A DNA stretch of 64,000 bases from Phoronis australis (Eukaryota > Animalia > Phoronida). A program made the translations under genes and the position numbers. Location: positions 199,139 through 263,138 of the forward strand of contig NMRA01000201.1 of assembly GCA_002633005.1 (NCBI GenBank), read 5' to 3'. This document shows, in pieces, positions 50,904 through 64,000 of this stretch (position 1 is the first letter of the stretch; the number at the start of each line of letters is the position of its first letter). A model generated the notes under the pieces. That model did no database searches. It was not told where the DNA came from and saw only the letters and a list, made by a program, of their open reading frames with translations.

Positions 50904-53900
50904 TTACTCATTTACATTCACTTTCTTCTTCTTTTTATCCTTCTTCTTTTTCCGCCTCTCATCGTCCGATCGTTTTGGCTTCTTGTGTTTCTTATCTGCT
51001 TCCGATTGAACTTGTTCGGCTAAAGACAATCACACACTAATACAGCATCACATTTCACAACTTATAACTATAAATTATAGTAATAGCATATTTCCTTCTT
51101 AACATTTTCATAGTGCTTCAGGGCGTGATATCAAATCTTAAAAATTGTCCGTGTGATAACCTTTTGTAGTTGGCACTACAGGCTCGGGGTCATCACTTTG
51201 ACATTCATTTTAAAACCAATATACTGCCTCTTTGAAGGAGACAACATTAGTGTAAATGCATACCGTATTGCCGCACTGAATGTCCGAATTAATGCCTTTT
51301 TCGCGGCCCCTCTTTTGCCCAAGTGCTTTGCATATTGGCGCATGTGCCCAAGTTTTGCATATGAACTCAGGCAACGTCTCCAGCACAAGCCCATATTTTA
51401 ATTCGCATATAGGCGCACCCGTTCTGACTACCACAGTGCCTCCTAATGGCAATTTTTTATGTTTGCCTCTGAGTTTTGGAGCTCCTTGGAGTATTTTCAA
51501 GAAATTTGGTAAATACTTTTGTATTATTGTTTGCTATGCATTTAGGCCTATATCCGAATTAATGCCTTTTTGCGGCCTTTTTTCCCCAAGTGATTCACAT
51601 ATTGGCAAATGCATCTGAGTTTCTGATGCAAGTGCAGTCTTGCACAGACACCTAATGGTGCGGCAATATTACAGCTAAAGTTACTTAAACTGCACTTGTA
51701 AGTGTAGAAATGGTTACTTAGAGCTAACTTGAATATTACATACAGCTAAATTAACTTGGAAATGTAGATATATGTGCTTACAGTTAATTTAAGTCCCGTC
51801 CGCACACAGCCTACCCTTGAGCAATTTGCACTTGTGCAACTTACCTCACTTTTAAGTGGAGCGTCCACATACACATATATCCAATAACTAGGGTAAGGCG
51901 GATGTCGTCACTGAGTGCATGACAATGAACAGCTGATGCGAATACGCAATTGATAATTACTTCCGCCTTGCCCCACACCGTGATTAGAAGCGGCACAAGT
52001 TACCCTAGAACAAGTTACCCCACCTCGTTAATGTGGAGTAAGTTGTCACAAGTGGTTAAGTTGCACTAATTTAAATATTGTCCATACAGCCTCCAAACCT
52101 GGCGAAAACCCGTTCCAGGTGTAACTTGTTCTAGGGTAAGTCTGTGTGTGGACGTCACTCTAGATATTCAGTGAAATTAGCATAAGTGTGATCCAACCGG
52201 ACCGAATGATTGTATCCAAGCAAGGCAAAATCCAACATATCCGAAGGGTTGAGTGCAAAAACTAAAACAACACTTTGCGAAAATCCGATTTATGCGAGTT
52301 TTTGTGTATTTTCTTACAGATAACTTGTAAATCAGGAGAGCATGTTATAAAGTTGAGTGCAACTCCATGTACGCTGATAGACAAGTAAATACGACTTTGA
52401 AAAAAGGATAAAACGTACCACCAACAGACCTAATCAGATTGGTTAGTAAACTTATGTATGATTGACAACACACATTTTTGGAGTCTTGAACCATTATGTA
52501 AAAATTTATCTATGACTCAATAATTTACCTGAAGGTGGCACCTCCTGCACAGGACTGACTTTAGTGACCTCCTTACGGTGGCGCTTATGTTTGTGTTTCT
52601 TTGTGGCTGGCTGATTCATCAGCCTGTACTGTTCTGGAAGCTGGCAAACAAGAAAAAGAAAATTATCTAAACTAGAGTACTAAGTACTAGGGATTTCCAA
52701 AAGAACCCTGCCCAGAAAATGGCACCATGGAGGCTCTTACAGAAACAAAGATTGAAAAAGAAGCTATGGGGAGCTCTTTCAGGATTTTTTTGCATGTCTG
52801 CTATATATTTATGTATCGCAGGACTTCACACATATTAGCCAGATAGGCAACAAAATGACATCTTCCTCTTAAATCATGAATGACAGCGTCACCATCAGGA
52901 ATGACAACTTTCTGAAAGAGCCCCATCACTTTTTTCCCCTGAAAACACCTGGAAGGTCTTTTTGGACATGTAATCGCACCCCTAAAACAGACATCTTCAA
53001 ACTAGCCCCGTGGTAATTCTTTCGGCTCTGCTTTTAAACAATGCTCAATGCGGATTCGATTTCAAACTAAACTTTCAACATCATAAAGCACAGTGGAAAA
53101 AATAGAATTACAAACTCTTTGTGAAACGAGTCAGAATTTGGTTAAAGAGCTTGTAACCAAAACAACAAATACTTTATAGCCTCACATGTAAAACATAATT
53201 TGTACGCCGTTTGCTTTTCTAAAAGCAACTTTTTAAAAGTATTGTGGAGACTATGTCTACACAAAATTTCAGGTCTCAAATCCTATGCGTAATTTTACTT
53301 AGGCACAAGCACTGTGCATGTGTCTGATAAACACTTAGCTGTATACACTGTATATAGTACACAATCTTTTATTAAACTCTTACATGTGAAGGGGCTGATA
53401 TAAACCAAACCAGCACATTAACTACAATCAGCTATTTGGGTAAATAACACAGCCAATCCATTATTTTTTCTTAATGCCTATGTTCTGCTTCACACCCACC
53501 CCATTTTGTTGATTTTCTTAGTTTAAATGCTCAGAGCATTAACCTGGAGGCATACAGTATCTAGTCACTTACAGGTCCTGGGTGGAGCCTGAAGCCAGCC
53601 AGTGCAGCACCTGAGAGGGGGAGGATCTCTTTTCCTATGATTGGCGGTTTGTCTATGAGCGATCGTAGTGAGCTGGAACACCACATGACAGATATTAAAC
53701 TTGATTTGCATATTTTGCATATTGTACAAATGATAATCATGGAGTTAAACTATGGCAAGCTACACAGTCAATCCAAATTCCATGTTTCACGATGCACAAT
53801 TAAACAATGAGACATAATGATCAGGTAACAAATCTACCTTCTTGTGATTTAACCACTCGACCGCTGCAGAGAAGTAATTTAAGAACAAAAGAGATACAAA

Positions 53901-56479
53901 ACGCGATAAAATCACAATTTCGAACAAAAAGAATTGCCAAATTGCACTGTTTTCATTTTCAAGGGCTTCTAACTTCAAAATATTTTTCTGATGGTTACGC
54001 TACAGTACAGAACCTGAACATGGTAAAGCGTTAATTTGATGCTACGTATATTTTATGAAAAAATAAAATAAAATTTCACTTCCATGCCACATTGTGTACT
54101 TAATCGGTGAGATTTTACTGTCACTGCAATGTTGTAACAAAGGAATTAGAGAATCCATTGAAGGTTAAGTTGTAAATTACATGAAAGCACTGACATAAGT
54201 TCTGTCACATGGTTTCAAAATGAGGAATTGGCATCTATTCATGCATAGCCCGATTAAACAATGAGAAAGAAGGTGATGGAGCCCCACCTGTTGTCCTGAG
54301 TACCTGGCATGTCAATGTTGCCAGGTAACATGGGCAGAAATGCACTAAGCTCTTCCTTGACTTTCTTTCCACAAAACTTGTTATAGGAATGTTCCAGTCC
54401 ATTGTGAGACATCAGGTTAGTGTTACCAGTTACACGTGATTGTTCTGAAATACAATGTATGATCAGCAGCTTATATCTGACTTATTTGTGCATCAGGTTA
54501 TCTCTTACAAGTGTTACTTAGTGGGCACAGTTTATTCTCATGCTTTCTTTCTGTTTACTTTTTATCTACTGACTTGACAATTAAATATTAGTAAGAAAAT
54601 GTGTGAATGTTTGAAGTACTATATGAGAATGGGCTACTGATTGTACTTAGTCATAAATGACAATCAATACTAATTAACTTTGTTACTTCAAAAACGAATG
54701 ATGCTATCACCAACTTTGTAACTCAGTTGAATTTCAAGGACCTATATGCAGTTTCAATTTTTTGATAATCTCATCTTTTGAGTGAACGGAAAACAATGAG
54801 GCCAATTTGAATTTGTACCATCAAGCGTTTTCTCAACGGCAGAAAAAAAAATTTAAAGAGCATATTTTTATATTGTAAAAATGCAGCCTTTGAATGGAGC
54901 AGAAATCAGAGAGTCAACAATTGGACAGTCCTGGATAGAAATCTCTTATGTCCTGGAAGTGGGAAAACACACTGTTACATTGGCCACATTTTGGACATGT
55001 CGGGCCGATTCTAGGAATCATGTCGAAAAATATTGCATGCACAGATCTTACTTTCTACCATGGGAGTTACAGCCGTCACTCGTCAGCCCAACTCTTAAAA
55101 AACTTTGAAGGCACTGGAAGGATGTATACAGTATGCACAGTAATGCAGTCGAGAAAAACTTGAAAATCTTAACCAAGTAGCAAGGCACCAACAAATTACA
55201 CGAGAAAATCCAGTGGCGTGAGAGCGAGGCCATGGAACTCCTCGACGGATGTTGCAAGGCTGGTTTACTCAGTTTAAACAGTACACACCATGGAATTTTG
55301 CACATTTTGAATTACCGGTGGCCACAGACTAAATGTATGACGTAAAATTTAGCTAAACCCATGTTTATTTTGTGTAATTAGCTCGAAATTTTGATTTTTC
55401 TTTCAATTTTGCCAATTTTCACATTTCCCGCCATGTGACGTCATGGGTTGAACACAAGAGATCAGTGACCAGCATTGAACAATGGCGGAGAGCAGTGAAT
55501 TTGAAAGCGACGACGATTATGAGCAAGAATTAAATAAATACTATGAAGAAATGTACGGGAATGGTGGCCAGGATGAGGAAATGGGGTTGCACGAAAGCGA
55601 GAACAAGTTTGATGTCCTTCCGGCTGCGTACTTTTCTACTTTGAGCCTTACGAACTGGATCCTCCCGCGAGAGAACCGGCCTCGGGCTCGGTGAGTCAAC
55701 CCAGTCATCCAACAGACGATCCTGAATTAAGAGCCGATGTTTCTGAATGATAAATATTGTCCTTTATTGAACCAGGCCTTCATCGTAACATCTCCTGTGA
55801 CTGGAGTTGAAACACGAGTCCTCAAAGTGGGCAAAACACAGAGTGGCCCCGGACCGAATCGCTTGGTCCACGATGAGGTCCCACACTCTCGTTCGGCGCA
55901 CGAAGCGATGTCACTTCAGCGCAACTTTGGTGTCCTTCGGAACACCGAGACGTTCTCCGCCTGTCTGCTGTTGCTGCAGCCTCCGGCAACATATCTTTTG
56001 ATCCCTCTACGAACCTTCTCGACGCTAAATGTACTTTGCTTTCACTTCACTCTATACACTTGGTCTCTGATCCGAACAGTATGGCGAACGACTTGGGTTC
56101 AACCCATGACGTTGTACATAATTATTATTTTTTTCAATTTTTGCGTGTTTCTTTATGAGCTGTGCACTAAAGGCACTGAAATCAAGTAAGATATAATAAT
56201 AAAATTTATTTTGAGGTACTAGAGTCATGTTGTGTACACTTTAATGACTTTTCACTAATCGAATATCGGTAAACAATCTGGAAAATTACCTGGCGGTTCT
56301 TTCATGAGATAAAATGGTCCTTTTTGAATTACCGCAGGATTTTTTCCTAAACTAATAGTTGTTTTTAGTGTCCCTGATGAGTCCTGCCGAGGGACTGCAG
56401 GAGATCTAGAGCCCCTAGGATACATATTGGGACTTGACTTCGGCGATGTTTGCTCGAACCTCCTATTTGGATCCGACAT
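50904..56479 (-). CDS. MED19: Mediator of RNA polymerase II transcription subunit 19; exons 56479-56290, 54444-54288, 53672-53573, 52640-52529, 51019-50904 (224 aa)
   Basis: Phase-compatible GT-AG exons encoding GPFYLMKEPP, TGNTNLMSHNGLEHSYNKFCGKKVKEELSAFLP, DNSSLRSLIDKPPI.GKE, GFRLHPGPLPEQYRLM and the Lys-rich tail. Confidence 0.95.
51792..52159. mobile_element. PIF/Harbinger-like MITE in a MED19 intron
   Basis: ~40-bp imperfect TIRs agtcccgtccgcacacagcctacccttgagcaatttgcac / gtgtaacttgttctagggtaagtctgtgtgtggacgtcact, with internal caagttacc repeats. Confidence 0.6.
55278..56240. mobile_element. Internally deleted Kolobok-type DNA transposon in MED19 intron 1
   Basis: TTAA on both sides (55274-55277; 56241-56244), terminal IR acagtacacaccatg / catgttgtgtacact and an inner perfect 16-bp IR (55438-55453; 56097-56112). 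Contains a minus-strand THAP remnant and a convergent plus-strand acidic ORF remnant. Confidence 0.75.
55775..56005 (-). pseudogene. Degenerate THAP DNA-binding domain (transposase N-terminus)
   Basis: KRYVAGGCSNSR...SVF/PKDTKVALK*HRFVRRTR...ATLCFAHFEDSCF follows the THAP C2CH pattern. The first Cys is replaced by Tyr, and there is a frameshift and a Trp-to-stop change. Confidence 0.75.
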
Positions 56480-56970
56480 CTTTCCTCTACTTCCGCCAAT
56501 GATAGCGACATCTATTGTGACTATTTTATTATAATTTATACCAATCCGCTTGTTATTTTTATTACCCACAAAAATATAACGTTTCCATTTTCAATAATTC
56601 TGCTCCAAAACTCTAATGGCTTACCTCACTTAACAATAGAATTATATTTTTAATCTCGACTTCATTAATGCAAAGAACTATTTATGTTAGCGTATGGCGA
56701 AGAAAAAGGTGCTCTGCGGTTTTGCAAAAGGCGAAGCAGGATCATTCGATCATCTTTATCATGGACGGGTTGTTTGACCTAATCAAACTTTAAAATCACC
56801 GCCAGCCCGTGATTAAATAGTAAGATCAATTACATGGGAAGTTTATGCGATTGAAAATTTGTCTGTGTTTCTTCAAAATGTGCCACTGGCTGTGTTTCAA
56901 AACCAGGGTAGTTCCCGACTCTTCTCCAGTTTAGACACTGTTCAGATTGTCCCTGATTTGTTAATTAAGG
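56480..56970. promoter_or_regulatory. Putative bidirectional promoter MED19/WDR7 including a likely non-coding WDR7 exon 1
   Basis: Divergent genes; donor AAG|gtacgt at 56969/56970. The WDR7 ATG exon starts at an acceptor (tttccag, 58004), so an upstream exon is required. Confidence 0.55.
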
Positions 56971-58013
56971 TACGTAAGCTTTAGCTAAGAGCCCCTGTGT
57001 GGTCATTTAAGCTGAAAAGAAGAATACCAAATTGATGAGCAAGATGAAGAAAAGGGCTCCCCTCATACTCTGGTGGCAGCCACAGGCACCCCCTCCTTGG
57101 AATGAGCAGAAGGTGGCAGGGAGGCAAAAACCCTGGTGACAGGAGGGAGGGAGGGATGGCGACAAGTTCAGGGGGATTGCAAATTGTTATGACTGGACCC
57201 CAGACTTGTTACAGTTCGCTAGCCTAAGATGACGACACTTGTCTGTCAAGTTGACGTCTTAAGTTTTTGACTTAACTATCTTAAAGTGCCAATAAACCTG
57301 CGTTCGGTTGAAGAAACTAAATTTTTCATTTAGACCACTTACCATTATAAAATTAACCTTAGCTTGTGTCTCACAAGAATGATTTTTCTTGCAAAGAACT
57401 TAATGCTACATGTAATTTATTTCTCAAGACCACAGCTCAGCAAGTGAAATGTCGGACACGACGTGATCAGCTTATAGATAGAATACTACACTGAAGTGTC
57501 TGTTCTTTCTAAGTGCAAAACTTGCCTATTTTGACAAAAAGAACAATTTGAGACCAATTTCGTTCCTTTAAATGGTCTAGACCAAAGTTGGGTTTTGTTT
57601 CGGATAGCAGTTTATAGACACTTTATTTCAGGAAATTATGACAGATTCCGTGATTGCTGCTGGGAAAGTTTTACATCGGAGTTAAAACAATAGGCGTGTG
57701 CATGACAAGCCGGTATTTCTTTATTGTGTATTCAGCTATGAATGTCTACTTTGTAAATTTGTTACAAGGTATGAAATTGAATATTAGATAAAACACGATA
57801 AAATTCTATCATTATTTTTAAAGCCATGTCAAAACCAGTTTTCTCCACTGACTAATGGGCATCAAACTGGTTCTCAAAACATGGCGCGTTATATGCGACT
57901 ATTGCCGCATTCTGTATTGAAGGATAAACTTGGTAGCCTGTGTGCTTGGTGTCATTTGACATAAAAATCTGTGCATAATATGGACATATTGAAATATTTT
58001 CCAGAATTCCAAG

Positions 58014-62569
<4,556 letters not shown>

Positions 62570-63419
62570 GTAAGTGATTTAATGATGCACTCTGTGTCGC
62601 TAGTGATGCAATGATTCTTCCTTACTTGTTTGCCTATGGTCTCAACAAATTACATGTAGAAAATATAAACAACGGCAGTGAAGCCATTACTGGTACTGTA
62701 TATGATAGATAACAATAGTGTGACTCTAGCCAATATTTATTTAGTCAGTTTTAAGATCAATAAAGATGACCCATTTGGTTGTTTCAGCTAGTATAAAATA
62801 GCAATGGGCAAAATAAATAAATAAACAAAACAAATATTAAGTGAAAACCAAACTAAAAAGCAGTGGATGTTGGGGTCCAGTCCCTCAGAGTCAACATTTG
62901 GACCAACACTCTCCCTTAGGTCTTCTGGGAGACTTTCATGCGATGGGCTTTTGACTGTATTCTCAAATATGTTTTGTTGACCTTCGGCTCAGTGGTGGTA
63001 TGCTTGACTCTCAAGTTATAGCAAGCGTCTTTAAAGACACAGAACTGTGGAAGTTGTGCTGTGAGTGCTCTAATGGGAGGCTTTTAAGAAGCAATGTGGC
63101 GACTGATCACGTGGGACCAGATACTAGTGACCTCTGCAGAGCGAAGAGACAATTGAACTTTTGCTTAAAAGTATCACGACTAGTCACATACACTGCAAAA
63201 GGATCTTTACATGAAGACAAAATGTTCCCCTGTGCCACCCACTGCGCAGAAGTAGTACCTTGTTGTATAACAAGGTGCAGATAAGAAAAGACGTGTAAGA
63301 GTCATGTGATCAGCCTCCATCGCTTTCTGAAAGTCTCTAATTAAATCCCAAATTCATCTAGTAAACATCCACTACTAGTCACATAAGTCTGGGCACCACC
63401 AGACTAACAACCTGATGCT

Positions 63420-63862
63420 GTTAAGGTTTGTAGGACTTTATTGACAAGTCTACTTATTTAGCCAAACATCTACAAAACTGTAGATTTTAACTCTGTGAAA
63501 GTATGTATTTTCTGAAAGTAGAAAGCCTGTAGAATTTGTGATTTTTGGCATTTTACCAATCTGACACATGACCATGTCTTTTTAGTGGATGTTTTTAGTA
63601 GAATTTAGCAAATAAGGAAGATACGTTCATAGCAAAACAACAGTATCAATAATGCGATACAATTTCATGAAAGTCCTATTTTTTGATAGCTCCTAATAGA
63701 AAAGTGGAACATTTTAAAAACAATTCCTATAAGTATTTGGAGAACAATGCATAAAGCGTACTATTAGAAGGTTTCATTTGAATTCAGTCGGTTTTTTCTG
63801 AGATATGATGTTCGGAAGTTAGCTAAATTTGGATATTTTTCTGGGGTCCTACATAACATTAC
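63420..63862 (+). mobile_element. MITE, same family as 12030-12480
   Basis: Inverted ends ttaaggtttgtaggac / gtcctacataacatta and internal similarity to the 12-kb copy. Confidence 0.55.
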
Positions 63863-63876
63863 TGAACTATTGTCAT

Positions 63877-63985
63877 TGGAGTCTCTACCCTGGGAACAAA
63901 CCTTTCAATGCAGTTAAAGCTATTGTGACTGGAGTCTCTACCCTGGGAACAAACCTTTCAATGCAGTTAAAGCTATTGTGACTGG
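63877..63985. repeat. 53-bp perfect tandem duplication
   Basis: Two copies of tggagtctctaccctgggaacaaacctttcaatgcagttaaagctattgtgac. Confidence 0.95.
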
Positions 63986-64000
63986 TTCTAAAGCTGAGGA

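Noticed and set aside
55482-56189. Nested host gene on + strand within MED19 intron 1 (70-aa and 150-aa ORFs)
   Set aside because: Better explained as frameshifted transposon remnants. The 150-aa ORF is antisense to the THAP relic, and splicing 55689-55776 stops after four codons.
62984-63040. tRNA-like start ggctcagtggtggtatgcttgactctcaa
   Set aside because: A-box only, with no B-box or cloverleaf; at most a SINE fragment.

Overview
AT-rich, intron-rich animal genomic DNA; the repeat content and gene style suggest a marine invertebrate, possibly a deuterostome, but the species cannot be determined. Four protein-coding genes are supported. (1) The 3' half of a Musashi (Msi) RNA-binding gene on + (coding exons 5163-13250, ~4.2 kb 3'UTR to ~18180) with several alternative splice sites. 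(2) An intronless 419-aa PRRT3/PRRT4-like 7-TM membrane protein (25829-27088 +). (3) A complete MED19 gene on - (56479-50904, 224 aa). (4) The 5' part of WDR7/rabconnectin-3 beta on + (from 58014), head-to-head with MED19. The rest is mostly transposon relics: two 2.4-2.6 kb non-autonomous hAT elements (5-/6-bp TSDs, intron-containing transposase remnant) flanking the 7-TM gene, related MITEs, a TTAA-flanked Kolobok-type element with convergent THAP and KolX-like remnants in MED19 intron 1, an Academ-like remnant, decayed LINEs, tRNA-derived heads and micro/minisatellites. No prokaryotic-type system (CRISPR etc.) is present. The best leads are the Musashi splicing architecture and the unusual DNA transposons. 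Family assignments come from motif recall, not database searches.
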